Shown: piece by piece, positions 42,362 through 56,594 of the stretch | Layout: every line of letters begins with the position of its first letter | How positions within the stretch are numbered: the stretch's first letter is position 1 | Assembly (NCBI GenBank): GCA_964016885.1 | Contig: OZ024765.1 | Span: 19,654,001 to 19,718,000, forward strand | Reading direction: 5' to 3' | Length of the DNA stretch: 64,000 nucleotides | DNA from: Eledone cirrhosa | Taxonomy: Eukaryota | Notes under the pieces: generated by a model | The model's database searches: none | Told to the model about the DNA's origin: nothing | What the model saw: the letters and a program-made list of their open reading frames with translations, nothing else | Translations under genes and position numbers: made by a program

Positions 42362-43058
42362 CACTCACACACACTCACACCCGACACACACTCACACCCA
42401 ACACACACTCACACCCAACACACACTCACACCCAACACACACCCGACACACACACACAACCAACGCACACACAACCAACACACACTCACACAACCAACAC
42501 ACATTCACACCCAACCAAAACACACACACCCAACCAACACACACTCACAACCAACACACACACACAACCAACACACACTCACACCCGACACACACTCACA
42601 CCCGACACACACTCACACCCAACACACACTCACACCCAACACACACTCACACCCAACACACACCCGACACACACACACAACCAACGCACACACAACCAAC
42701 ACACACTCACACAACCAACACACATTCACACCCAACCAAAACACACACACCCAACCAACACACACTCACAACCAACACACACACACAACCAACACACACT
42801 CACACCCGACACACACTCACACCCGACACACACTCACACCCAACACACACTCACACCCGACCCACACTCACACCCAACACACACTCACACCCAACACACA
42901 CTCACACCCAACACACACCCGACACACACACACAACCAACGCACACACAACCAACACACACTCACACAACCAACACACATTCACACCCAACCAAAACACA
43001 CACACCCAACCAACACACACTCACAACCAACACACACACACAACCAACACACACTCAC
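42362..43058. repeat. (CA)-rich compound repeat with higher-order duplications
   Basis: CACATTCACACCCAACCAAAA marker recurs three times. Confidence 0.9.
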
Positions 43059-43243
43059 AAAGTACTTGGTCTAATGTTTAAATTATAGTGTTTTGGTATT
43101 AGGTAGAAGTTAAGAAAAAGTGTGATAGTGGGAAAGATCAAAGTGGCGCCATCTGTTTGCATGTATGAATGTCCCAAGGGAGGGTAGCCTGCAGAAATGT
43201 TGTAATTATATGTACATACATTGTCTCTATATATATGTCTGTG

Positions 43244-43292
<49 letters not shown>

Positions 43293-43368
43293 TTCGTTTC
43301 TGAATTTGTTTAGCAAGATTCTTTATCTGAAAACGTGTGTTATTGGCAACATGACCCTCCCAAAGTAT

Positions 43369-43405
<37 letters not shown>

Positions 43406-43427
43406 CATATTGTATATATATATACAT

Positions 43428-43490
<63 letters not shown>

Positions 43491-43561
43491 TGTATATATA
43501 TATATACATATTGTATATATATATATATATATATATACATATTGTATATATATATATACAT

Positions 43562-43608
<47 letters not shown>

Positions 43609-43627
43609 TGTATATATATATATACAT

Positions 43628-43680
<53 letters not shown>

Positions 43681-43699
43681 TGTATATATATATATACAT

Positions 43700-43740
<41 letters not shown>

Positions 43741-43759
43741 TGTATATATATATATACAT

Positions 43760-43802
<43 letters not shown>

Positions 43803-44656
43803 TGTATATATATATATACATATTGTATATATATATATATATATACACTATATACATATATTATATATATATATATACTATATATGTATATATATATGTA
43901 TATATATATACTATATATGTATATATATATGTATACATATATATACTATATATGTATATATATGTATATATATATATATGTATATATATACTATATATGT
44001 GCTATATATATATATGGATATATATATACATATGTATATAGTATATATATATTTATATATATATATCAATCATATATATAGTGTATATATATATACGTAT
44101 ACGCGTATATGCATATGTATATATGTATATTATATATATATACATGCATATATCTATATATCTATACACTCATACATACACACTCATACATACATATATA
44201 CACACATACATATATGTACACCTACACACATACACATATATACACACACATACACACTCATACATACACACTCATACATATATACACACATACATATATG
44301 TACACCTACACACATACATATATACACACATACATATATGTACACCTACACACATACATATATATACACACACATACACACTCATACATACACACTCATA
44401 CATACATATATACATACATACATATATGTACACCTACACACATACACACACATACACACACATACACACTCATACATACACATACATACACACCTACACA
44501 GGGTCAATATGAAACACATGTTTTCACTTGTTTTAGTGAAACTTCATAATATCTTCATAGATTTACATAACTGAGGAGATTATAGTGAGATTGGTGTACT
44601 CGGTGCCCTCACACACACCTACACACATATATATATATACTTATGTATATATATAT

Positions 44657-44920
44657 ATCATCATCATCATCATCATCATTTCATTTTACGTCCGCTTTTT
44701 CCCTGCTTGCAAGGGTGCTTTTTTGCCGTGGCACCTCCACTTTGCAGTGTAATCATATGGACCCCAGTCCCCATCATCTCATTTCTACAGCTGAGTAAAC
44801 TGGGGCAATGTGAAATAAAGTGTCTTGCTCAAGGAAACAACACATCACCCGGTCTGAGAATTGAACTCACAACCTTTCGATTGCAAAGCCAATGCTCTAA
44901 CCACTAAGCCATGTGCCTCC
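44657..44920 (-). mobile_element. CORE-like SINE B (internally deleted)
   Basis: A box TGGCTTAGTGGT, B box GAGTTCAATTC, CORE-like centre, RTE-type tail. Confidence 0.85.
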
Positions 44921-44934
44921 ATATATATATATAT

Positions 44935-45127
44935 AAGAACCAGTAAGACCCCGACAGCTGAGCTCAAGCCGTTTCGACGGCTAATTCTGGAGTCCAGAAT
45001 TAGCCGTCGAAACGGCTTGAGCTCAGCTGTTGGGGTCTTACTGGTTCTTATTACCCACTCTACTACCTCAAGTATTGAGTACTTTGGTGCGTTATGGTCC
45101 ACCTGGTTCCTTACCACATTTCCTTCG

Positions 45128-45130
<3 letters not shown>
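44935..45130 (+). mobile_element. PLE-type terminus (family C) with a ~57 bp fold-back
   Basis: Palindrome centred on 44992 (one mismatch) plus tail 45050-45130. Confidence 0.8.
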
Positions 45131-45159
<29 letters not shown>

Positions 45160-45164
<5 letters not shown>

Positions 45165-45565
45165 CAAAAGATGGTTAAAGGAGTTCCATGTATTTTATTA
45201 TGCGCATTTCAAAAACAAACATCATCATGCAATAATATTTGTGTTTTCATCAGATAAAACAGGAGAACATGATATGAAGGCTAAAAAACACTTGTGGATA
45301 GTGCAGTTTTAAATCAACATAAAACTGCACTATCCACAAGTGTTTTTTAGCCTTCATATCATGTTCTCCTGTTTTATCTGATGAAAACACAAATATTATT
45401 GCATGATGATGTTTGTTTTTGAAATGCGCATAATAAAATACATGGAACTCCTTTAACCATCTTTTGATCTTATATTATGTATACTCCAGTCCTACAAACT
45501 GTAGAGTGCTTCTTATCCGATATCTGCATTGCTTTATTGTACTACAATAAAACTCACCTCCTACA
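45160..45565 (+). mobile_element. PLE-type terminus (family E): perfect 152 bp inverted repeat with a hammerhead in each arm
   Basis: Arms 45160-45311/45320-45471, 8 nt loop, ~95 nt tail; related copy at ~50810-51090. Confidence 0.85.
45372..45438 (+). ncRNA. Type I hammerhead ribozyme (mirror copy at 45193-45259, minus strand)
   Basis: TTTTAT-CTGATGA-long G:U-rich stem II-GAAA-TGCGCA-TA-ATAAAA. Confidence 0.8.
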
Positions 45566-45584
45566 TATATATATATATATATAT

Positions 45585-45871
45585 GTGGAGACCGGGTGAT
45601 GTGTTGTTTCCTTGAGCAAGACACTTTATTTCACATTGCTCCAGTTTACTCAGCTGTAGAAATGAGATGATAGGGACTGGGGTCCATATCATTCCACTGC
45701 AAAGTGGTCGTGGAGGTGCCACGGCACCCAGCACTCACTGTAAATGAGGTTGGTGTTAGGAAGGGCATCCAGTTGTGTACATATATGTATAACCAGAATC
45801 AGTTCCCGTCCCACCCTTGCAAGCAGGGAAAAAGCGGACGTAAAATGAAATGATGATGATGATGATGATGA
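45585..45871 (+). mobile_element. 5'-truncated SINE B
   Basis: CORE-like centre and RTE-type tail with (GAT)n. Confidence 0.85.
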
Positions 45872-45875
45872 TATA

Positions 45876-47080
45876 CTAGCAGCAGTACCCAGCGTGGCCT
45901 GGGTAGGTAAAATAATAGCTGCTTTGATGTAAAGGTGTTGATCTTAGCGACTGCTTCTCGATGACTCATCTATGGCCACACACAGGCCATGCGGGGGAGG
46001 GTGGTGATGACCTCTATCACTGAGAAACGCGGGTGACTGACGAAGGGGTATGCTAGGGGAGGGAGGTAATGACCTCTAACACTAAGCCAAATTTCCTCAT
46101 GCTACTTGATTGGAAACCGATGAAAACCAACTAAAAGCTCAGACGACGTGCAATGATAGGTTCTATCGTAGTATAAAAGTTGTAAGATGTGCAATGATAG
46201 GTTCTATCGTAGTATAAAAGTTGTAAGATATGCAATGATAGGTTCTATCGTAGTATAAAAGTTGTAAGATATGCAATGATAGGTTCTATCGTAGTATAAA
46301 AGTTGTAAGATATGCAATGATAGGTTCTATCGTAGTATAAAAGTTGTAAGATATGCAATGATAGGTTCTATCGTAGTATAAAAGTTGTAAGATATGCAAT
46401 GATAGGTTCTATCGTAGTATAAAAGTTGTAAGATATGCAATGATAGGTTCTATCGTAGTATAAAAGTTGTAAGATATGCAATGATAGGTTCTATCGTAGT
46501 ATAAAAGTTGTAAGATATGCAATGATAGGTTCTATCGTAGTATAAAAGTTGTAAGATATGCAATGATAGGTTCTATCGTAGTATAAAAGTTGTAAGATAT
46601 GCAATGATAGGTTCTATCGTAGTATAAAAGTTGTAAGATATGCAATGATAGGTTCTATCGTAGTATAAAAGTTGAACCAAATAAATTGATTTATGTGTGG
46701 GGTGGAGCCGAAGTTTCGAATTTGAACGAAATCGGTTGAAAAATGTAGGAGCTAGAGCCGAAAAGGCGGAAATTTGAGCGAAAAGGTGGTATTTTCGAAT
46801 ATTTAAGCGGCTGCCACGCCGTTCCTGAACGAACAATAAAAAATGTAAAGCCACTTTAAGACGTGAAATAATCAGATCTAGTGTAGTGTAAAATTTGAAC
46901 AAAGTAGGTTGATTAATGTGGGAGCTAGAGCCGAAAAAGTGGAAATTTGAGTCTAAAAGTGGTATTTTTGAATATTTAAGTGGCTGCCAAGCTGCCCCTG
47001 AACAACAAATGCAAAATATAAAGCCATTACAGGATGTGCAATGATAAATTCTATTTTGCTTTAAAATTTGAACGAAATTG
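45876..47080 (-). mobile_element. Non-autonomous Helitron-like element
   Basis: Minus-strand end: hairpin TACCCAG-GCCACG-CTGGGTA followed by CTAG|T; internal 41 bp array and two ~180 bp diverged repeats; other end interrupted by a SINE. Confidence 0.6.
46148..46674. repeat. 41 bp tandem repeat (~13 copies)
   Basis: GCAATGATAGGTTCTATCGTAGTATAAAAGTTGTAAGATAT. Confidence 0.95.
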
Positions 47081-47427
47081 GTGGCACATGGCTTAGTGGT
47101 TAGAGCATTGGCCTTGCAATCGAAAGGTTGTGAGTTCAATTCTCAGACCGGGTGATGTGTTGTTTCCTTGAGCAAGACACTTTATTTCACATTGCTCCAG
47201 TTTACTCAGCTGTAGAAATGAGATGATAGGGACTGGGGTCCCTATCATTCCACTGCAAAGTGGTCGTGGAGGTGCCACGGCAAAAAAAAAGCAGCCAGCA
47301 CTCACTGTAAATGAGGTTGGTGTTAGGAAGGGCATCCAGCTGTAGAAATCAAGCCAGAATCAGTTCCCGTCCCATCCTTGCAAGCAGGGGAAAGCAAACG
47401 TAAAATGAAATGAAAATGAAATGAAAA
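47081..47427 (+). mobile_element. Full-length SINE B
   Basis: tRNA head, CORE-like domain, RTE-type tail. Confidence 0.9.
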
Positions 47428-47428
47428 T

Positions 47429-47480
47429 ACATGGGTTTGATGGGTCCATTTCAGCACAGCATCTCTCCACTCACTGTGCT

Positions 47481-47522
<42 letters not shown>

Positions 47523-47647
47523 CACAGTGAGTGGAGAGATGCTGTGCTGAAATGGACCCATCAAACCCATGTATATATATATATATATATATATATACAA
47601 ACACAGTGAGTGGAGAGATGCTGTGCTGAAATGGACCCATCAAACCC

Positions 47648-47687
<40 letters not shown>

Positions 47688-47735
47688 GGGTTTGATGGGT
47701 CCATTTCAGCACAGCATCTCTCCACTCACTGTGTT

Positions 47736-47795
<60 letters not shown>

Positions 47796-47850
47796 TACAT
47801 GGGTTTGATGGGTCCATTTCAGCACAGCATCTCTCCACTCACTGTGTTTG
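47429..47850. repeat. Five ~52 bp RTE-tail units in mixed orientation separated by (TA)n
   Basis: CATGGGTTTGATGGGTCCATTTCAGCACAGCATCTCTCCACTCACTGTG in +,-,-,+,+ order. Confidence 0.9.
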
Positions 47851-48559
47851 TATATATATGAAGTGTATATATATGAAGTGAAGGTATATAGCTTAGATGT
47901 GAGGCTGTTTGGTTTACGATCATAAGGGTGCCATTTACTTATCAGATACGCCTGTATACAAATGTTTGAAAAGAGGAAAGCTAAATATTTCATGTGAAAA
48001 ATGATAAGAACTCACAGAAACATGTTTAATCTTTGTGGCTAATTTAATTTAATTCAATAACATTCTCTAAAGAACACACACACACAGGGGCATTGTGTTT
48101 TGTACATATAGATGAGTGAATGTCTGTGTTGGAAGATATATCAAGTGCAGAGAAGTGGTATATATATATACATAAAGACATATATATAGTTATACTTTGG
48201 GAGGGTCATGCTGTCAACAAATTCAAAAACTAAATACCACCCCACCCCATCCACACCGCCCCTTTCAATGTAAAGTTATGTTGGTGCCACAACATCCAGG
48301 CCGAAACAAATGAGATCGTGTAGGTGTCACGACAAAAAAACACACAGTCCACGCTGTAATGTGGCCATGTAGGCAACACGGTAAAAACCTCCCAGCCCCA
48401 CACTGTAAATGTGATTGGTGTTAGGAAGGGCATCCAGCTGTAGAAAACCCGCCAGACAGTCCTATACGAGCAAGACAACCACTCTTGCCTCAAGTGGGAA
48501 AACTCCCGTCCAAACCCATGCAAGCGTGGAATACGGACGTTAAACGATGATGATGATGA

Positions 48560-48592
<33 letters not shown>

Positions 48593-48594
<2 letters not shown>

Positions 48595-49900
48595 TCAGGT
48601 CACGAAAGTAACGGAAAGAGTTATAGTGCAGTTGATTAGGGACCGGGTAAAACTAGATGAGATGCAATTTGAGTTTGTGCCAGGAAAAGGCACCACTGAT
48701 GTCCTCTTCCTTGTGAGGCAGTTACAGGAAAAGTACCTAGCTAAAAGTAAGCCGTTCTACCTGGCATTTGTCGATCTGGAAAAAACCTTCAACAGACTCC
48801 CCTGTGTTATAATCTGGTGGGCTCTTAGAAAACTAGGAGTAGATGAATGGCTTGTGACAGCTGTACAAGCCATGTAAAGAGGAGCAGTGAGCAAAGTTAG
48901 AGTTAGCAATGACTATAGCGAGGAATTTAGCGTACAGGTCGGTGTCCACCAGGGCTCTGTTCTTAGCCATCTCCTGTTCATTATAGTATTGCAGGCAATA
49001 ACGGAGGAGTTTCAGACCGGATGCCCATAGGAACTCCTATATGCAGATGATCTCACACTTATAGCTGAATCTATGGTGGAACTAGAGAAGAAATTCCAAA
49101 CATGGAAGCAGGAACTAGAAAGAAATTGTCTCAAAGTCAACATGACAAAGACTAAGGTTCTCGTAAGCAGACGAGAAAACAGAACCCAGATCCCCTCAGG
49201 GAAATGGCCTTGCTCAGTATGTAGGAAAGGTGTAGGTAGGGACTCCATCCTCTGCCCCAAATGCAAACAATGGGTACACAAGAGATGTATTGGGATCTCA
49301 GGAAGCTTAACTAAGAATGTAGGCTTCACATGTAGCAGCTGTGCTGGGACAGCAAGCAGCAAACAGCCACAGGAAACAAGTACCACCAATCTCTGGGAGG
49401 GCTCTGTAGAAACAGTAGAGAGCTTTTGCTACTTAGATGACCGAGCAGCAGAGGTGGGTATTCGGAAAGTACAATAACTAGGGTAGAAGAAGTTCAGGGA
49501 GCTACTGCCACTGCTAGCTGCAAAAGGCTTTTCCCTCAAAATGAAAGGCTGACTGTATGATGCGTGTATACGAACAGCAATGTTACATGGTAGTGAGAAC
49601 TGGGCGCTGTCTGTAGAAGACTTGCGTAGATTAGAGAGAAACGAAGCCTGCATGCTCTGATGGATGTGTAATAGTAATATACGTGAACGGCAAAGCATAA
49701 ATGAATTGAGAGAGAGACTGAGCATAAGAGAAATCAAATGCTGTGTGCAGGAGAGGAGGTTGCGTTGTTATGGACATGTGATGCGTATGAAGGATGACAG
49801 CCTTAGAGTGAGGAAGGAGACCCTGGAAGACTTGGGATGAAATGATAAATGCTGACCTAGCCCAATTGCACCTCTCAAAAGCAACAGCACAGGACCATGG
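48593..49900 (+). mobile_element. Degraded RTE-clade LINE (diverged subfamily)
   Basis: AFVDLEK, LYADD, WPCSVC, WVHKRC motifs with several stops and deletions. Confidence 0.9.
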
Positions 49901-50037
49901 TCTCTCAGGCACAGGCCGAAGCTGAAGTAAATATACAGTACATCTGCATGTGTGTATATTGTGATATATATATATATATTGTTATACTTTGGGAGGGTCA
50001 TGTTGCCAATATATATATACAAAAATATATATATATA

Positions 50038-50080
<43 letters not shown>

Positions 50081-50173
50081 CAATATACATATATATATGT
50101 CCCAATATACATATGTCCCAAGGCTCTAAAACCATCAACACCCTAAACACAGAGCTGGCATATCTAAGAACTA

Positions 50174-50229
50174 ACTGCCTGATGAGGTCATAGCCATTCG
50201 ATAGCTATCATCGAAATATATATACCAGT
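50174..50229 (+). ncRNA. Type I hammerhead ribozyme motif
   Basis: ACTGC-CTGATGA-GGT C ATAGC...GCTAT C ATC-GAAA-TATATA-TA-CCAGT. Confidence 0.7.
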
Positions 50230-50274
50230 AAATAAAGGATTATGAGTTCATGCAATTGACTTATGTTTCGTCAC

Positions 50275-50347
<73 letters not shown>

Positions 50348-50372
50348 CCTAGTGCGTCCAACCCTCTGGGTG

Positions 50373-50561
50373 TAATAATTGTTTCTACTTTTTGGCATAA
50401 GGCCAGCAATCACCCAGTGCATTACTGGTACTTTATTTTATCGACCCCGTAAGGATGAAAGGCAAAGTCAACCTCGGCGGGATTTGAACTCAGATCGTAA
50501 AGGGACGTAACTATGCTGGAAAGCATGGCGTCCGACCCTCTACCGATACTGCCAATCCACC
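50373..50561 (-). mobile_element. SINE family A
   Basis: Near-identical to the 1363 and 63644 copies. Confidence 0.85.
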
Positions 50562-50649
50562 ATATATATATAGTAATAATAATAAATTTGAAGACTAAAA
50601 TCCGAAGAGGGCTTGATAAGGATAAATATATATCAAATATATAAGAACC

Positions 50650-51090
50650 ATAGAGAAAGAGTTATTTAATTTGTTGGTTATTCAACAAATTTATTTATAA
50701 CAGATTCGAAGCACTCTACAGTATTCTTCTGGAGTATAATATCAATGATATTAATACATGGAAACTATCTTTATAAAACCATATTTATTTTATTATATAT
50801 ATTTCAAGACGTGATATGAAGGTTAAAAAACATGATATGAAGGTTAAAAAACACTTGTGAATAGTGCAGTTTTAAATCAACATAAATCTTCCTATTTTAT
50901 CTGATAAAAACACAAATGTTATTGCATGATGATATTTGTTTTTGAAATGCGCATAATAAAATACATGGAACTCTTTTAACCATCTTTTGATCTTATATAT
51001 TATGTATACTCCAGTCCTACAAACTGTAGAGTGCTTCTTATCCGATATCTGCATTGCTTTATTGTACTACAATAAAACTCACCTCCTACA
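50650..51090. mobile_element. Head-to-head fusion of family B (-) and family E (+) PLE termini
   Basis: 50650-50808 matches the reverse complement of ~59765-59925; 50810-51090 matches 45270-45565, with the hammerhead core mutated to CTGATAA. Confidence 0.7.
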
Positions 51091-51215
51091 CATATATATA
51101 TATATCTTTTTCATCTTTGTCTCTCTCAATTTTCACTTTATCCTATTTCTCCTATCTATCATTCACTTCCTACCTCGAGATTTTCCTCTGCATTGTTGTG
51201 GCTTTCTAAGCTACG

Positions 51216-51261
<46 letters not shown>

Positions 51262-51490
51262 ATGTATACAAATGTATGAAAGATGGAAAAATACATTTTT
51301 CTCATGTGAAGATAATAACTCACACTGTTATGCCTGATGTTTGTGGTTAATTTGAGTTAATTTAATAACACTTATTCTCTACAGGATAGACAAATACAGG
51401 CATGGGACCTCTTAATGCTATAACTATTACATAACCATATCATTGAAATATATATAACGCAATAAAACAATTATGTAAACCTGTGTCTTA

Positions 51491-51536
<46 letters not shown>

Positions 51537-51573
51537 TCATACACACACACACAGATATATATATATACGCGTA

Positions 51574-51607
<34 letters not shown>

Positions 51608-51609
51608 CG

Positions 51610-51644
<35 letters not shown>

Positions 51645-51672
51645 TTATATATATTTTTTATATATATATATT

Positions 51673-51704
<32 letters not shown>

Positions 51705-51794
51705 TATATATATTTATATCTATATATATATATATTTATATTTATATATGTATATATATATTTATATTTATATATGTATATATATATTTATATC

Positions 51795-51875
<81 letters not shown>

Positions 51876-51882
51876 TTATATC

Positions 51883-51949
<67 letters not shown>

Positions 51950-51985
51950 TTATATATATATATTTATATATATATATATTTTATA

Positions 51986-52041
<56 letters not shown>

Positions 52042-52403
52042 CATACATAATAAAATAACAATCTATACAATGGCAACATTATCCTGTTGATGTTGACACA
52101 GTCTCACGCCTAACTAAAATATTATTTTCATTGTTTACTATCACTGATGCTGCTGTTGTTGTTGTCGTTCCTTTTCAGTGGCGGCAGTGGTTGCAGGGGG
52201 ATGTTGGAACTTTGATGGTTGTTGTTTTAGCTTCTACCTTATTTCTTCCTTCTCTATCACAGACACACCTTGTTTGAGTATTTCCCATTTTGTTTCTAGT
52301 GGCACCAGCCTCCCACAAGATCTTCCTGAAAATAAACATCTGTTCGGGTGCTGTGCCTCTCTGTGAGTGTGTGTGTGTAAGCATATATATATGCACACAC
52401 ATG

Positions 52404-53785
52404 GAGACAGATGGCTTAGTGGTTAGAGCATTGGGCTTGCAATCGAAAGGTTGTGAGTTCAATTCTCAGACCGGGTGATGTGTTGTTTCCTTGAGCAAGA
52501 CACTTTAATTTCACATTGCTCCAGTTTACTCAGCTGTAGAAATGAGATGATAGGGACTGGGGTCCCTATCATTCCACTGCAAAGTGGTCGTGCAGGTGCC
52601 ACGGCAAAAAAGCACCTTTTTGCTTTTTGCCGTGACACCTCCACAACCACGGCAAAAAGCACCCAGCCCACACTGTAAAGTGAACGTGTAGGTGCTACGG
52701 CAAAAAAGCACCCAGCCCACACTGTAAAGTGGACGTGTAAGTGCCACGGAAAAAAGCATCCAGCCCTCATTGTAAAGTGGTCGTGGAGGTGCCATGGAAA
52801 AAAAGCACCCAGCCCTCATTGTAAAGTGGTCGTGGAGGTGCCATGGAAAAAAAGACCCAGCCCTCATTGTAAAGTGGTCGTGGAGGTGCCATGGAAAAAA
52901 AGCACCCAGCCCTCATTGTAAAGTGGTCGTGGAGGTGCCATGGAAAAAAAGCACCCAGCCCTCATTGTAAAGTGGTCGTGGAGGTGCCATAGAAAAAAAG
53001 CACCCAGCACTCACTGTAAAGTGGTTGTGAAGGTGCCACGGCAAAAAAACACCCAGCCCACACTGTAAAGTGGACGTGTAAGTGCCACGGAAAAAAGCAC
53101 CCAGCCCTCATTGTAAAGTGGTTGTGGAGGTGCCATGGAAAAAAAGCACCCAGCCCTCATTGTAAAGTGGTCGTGGAGGTGCCATGGAAAAAAAGACCCA
53201 GCCCTCATTGTAAAGTGGTCGTGGAGGTGCCATGGAAAAAAAGCACCCAGCCCTCATTGTAAAGTGGTCGTGGAGGTGCCATGGAAAAAAAGCACCCAGC
53301 CCTCATTGTAAAGTGGTCGTGGAGGTGCCATGGTAAAAAAGCACCCAGCCCTCATTGTAAAGTGGTCGTGGAGGTGCCATGGAAAAAAAGCACCCAGCCC
53401 TCATTGTAAAGTGGTCGTGGAGGTGCCATGGAAAAAAAGCACCCAGCCCTCATTGTAAAGTGGTCGTGGAGGTGCCATGGAAAAAAAGCACCCAGCCCTC
53501 ATTGTAAAGTGGTCGTGGAGGTGCCATGGAAAAAAAGCACCCAGCCCTCATTGTAAAGTGGTCGTGGAGGTGCCATGGAAAAAAAGCACCCAGCCCTCAT
53601 TGTAAAGTGGTCGTGGAGGTGCCATGGAAAAAATGCACCCAGCCCTCATTGTAAAGTGGTCGTGGAGGTGCCACGGCAAAAAAAAACACCCAGCTCTCAC
53701 TGTAAATGAGGTTGGTGTTAGGAAGGGCATCCAGTTGTAGACATCAAGCCAGAATTAGTTCCCGTCCCACCCTTGCAAGCAGGGA

Positions 53786-53790
<5 letters not shown>
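52404..53790 (+). mobile_element. SINE B inflated by an internal ~49 bp minisatellite (~22 copies)
   Basis: Normal head and tail around repeats of GCACCCAGCCCTCATTGTAAAGTGGTCGTGGAGGTGCCATGGAAAAAAA. Confidence 0.9.
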
Positions 53791-53820
<30 letters not shown>

Positions 53821-54097
53821 TTTACGTCCACTTTTCCCTGCTTGCAAAGGTGGGACGTAAATGATGATGATACTCATACACACACACACACGTACATATG
53901 CGGGCACACACACATGTATATATGCAGATTAGTAGAATATAGGCATCTTTATTTTATTATAGAAATGAATTCTACAGGACTAGGACTGTTTCATTCACAA
54001 GAAATTGCCAGGAATGTCCTCATGATTTCTTATGAATGGAACAGTTCTAGTGCTGTAGAAGTCATTTATATAATAATAAAGCTGCAATTCTTATTGT

Positions 54098-55955
54098 CAC
54101 TCTATATATACACTCTTTATATATACTCTATATATACACTCTATATATACACTATATATACAGTGTATATATATACTCTATATATACACTCTATATATAC
54201 ACTCTATACATACACTCTATATATACACTCTATACATACACTCTATATATACACTCTATACATACACTCTATATATACACTATATATACACTCTATATAT
54301 ACACTCTATACATACACTCTATATATACACTCTATATATACGCTGTATATATACACTCTATATATACACTCTATACATACACTCTATACATACACTCTAT
54401 ATATACACTCTATATATACACTCTATATATACACTCTATATATACGCTGTATATATACACTCTATATATACACTCTATACATACACTCTATACATACACT
54501 CTATATATACACTCTATATATACACTCTATATATACACTCTATATATACACTATATATACACTAAGTGGAGGCACATGGCTTAGTGGTTAGAGCATTGGT
54601 CTTGCAATCGAAAGGTTGTGAGTTCAATTCTCAGACCGGGTGATGTGTTGTTTCCTTGAGCAAGACACTTTATTTCACATTGCTCCAGTTTACTCAGCTG
54701 TAGAAATGAGATGATAGGGACTGGGGTCCATATCATTCCACTGCAAAGTGGTCGTGGAGGTGCCACGGCAAAAAGGCACCCAGCACTCACTGTAAATGAG
54801 GTTGGTGTTAGGAAGGGCATCCAGCTGTAGAAACCAAGCCAGTATCAGTTCCCGTCCCACCCTTGCAAGCAGGGAAAAGCGGACGTAAAATGAAATGATG
54901 ATGAAATGATGATGATACACTCTATACATACACTCTATATATACACTCTATACATACACTCTATATATACACTCTATATATACACTCTATATATACACTC
55001 TATATATACACTCTATATATACACTCTATATATACACTCTATATATACACTCTATATATACACTCTATACATACACTCTATATATACACTATATATACAC
55101 TCTATATATACACTCTATACATACACTCTATATATACACTCTATATATACGCTGTATATATACACTCTATATATACACTCTATAGATACACTCTATACAT
55201 ACACTATATATACACTCTATATATACACTCTATATATACACTCTATATATACACTATATATACACTCTATACATACACTCTATATATACACTCTATACAT
55301 ACACTCTATATATACACTCTATACATACACTCTATACATACACTCTATATATACACTCTATATATACACTCTATATATACACTCTATATATACACTATAT
55401 ATACACTCTATATATACACTCTATACATACACTCTATACATACACTCTATATATACACTCTATATATACACTGTATATATACACTCTATACATACACTCT
55501 ATATATACACTCTATACATACACTCTATACATACACTCTATATATACACTCTATATATACACTCTATATATACACTCTATATATACACTCTATATATACA
55601 CTATATATACACTCTATACATACACTCTATATATACACTCTATATATACACTCTATACATACACTCTATATATACACTCTATATATACACTCTATATATA
55701 CACTCTATATATACACTCTATATATACACTATATATACACTCTATACATACACTCTATATATACACTCTATACATACACTCTATATATACACTCTATATA
55801 TACACTCTATACATACACTCTATATATACACTCTATATATACACTCTATATATACACTCTATATATACACTATATATACACTCTATACATACACTCTATA
55901 TATACACTCTATATATACACTCTATATATACGCTGTATATATACACTCTATATAT
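54098..55955. repeat. 14 bp minisatellite (CACTCTATATATAC-type) interrupted by a SINE
   Basis: Direct periodicity. Confidence 0.9.
54566..54915 (+). mobile_element. Full-length SINE B
   Basis: Near-identical to 47081-47427. Confidence 0.9.
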
Positions 55956-56072
55956 AGCAAAGCCCCACGAGAGACGGACCCTGTAACAGTATTGAGTGCT
56001 TAGACCAATGTCGCCACTAGTAACCACAACTTACATAATAACATATATATACATGCATACATAAATACATAC

Positions 56073-56152
<80 letters not shown>

Positions 56153-56364
56153 GTAAGTACGTATGTGTACATACATACATATATGTATACAGACGTACAG
56201 TAGTATGTATATATATACATACATGCACACATATATATATATGTACGTATGGGTTTACCGAACATTTATTATAATGTTTGGTTTGTTTGTAAACAAACAG
56301 CCCGAATTACACCGTACAGTGCTCGGCAACCATCGTCGCCCTTTTGTTCAACACTGACACAGGA

Positions 56365-56407
56365 ACGATGTACTAGTTTCAAGCTTATTAGCTATCGTCA
56401 GCATCAT
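56365..56407 (-). ncRNA. Minimal hammerhead (family D copy within 56150-56462)
   Basis: Reverse complement of the 41835 motif with one C:G to U:G change in stem I. Confidence 0.8.
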
Positions 56408-56594
56408 ATACCTTCCTGCCAGATGATTGAACGTCTGAAAGTATATACTTTCCTTATGCATATTAACATATTATTAGCACAGATTAAAGTTTAAGCAAAG
56501 AATTTTGACTATCACCCATTACGGGACCTTCTGAAGCTATATATATATATATACGATATTAACAAATGGAAACTATATTTATAAAACCATATTT

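Noticed and set aside
52179-52362. Plus-strand exon candidate (TTTTCAG...GTGAGT)
   Set aside because: Donor falls in a GT microsatellite edge and no partner exons were found on this strand
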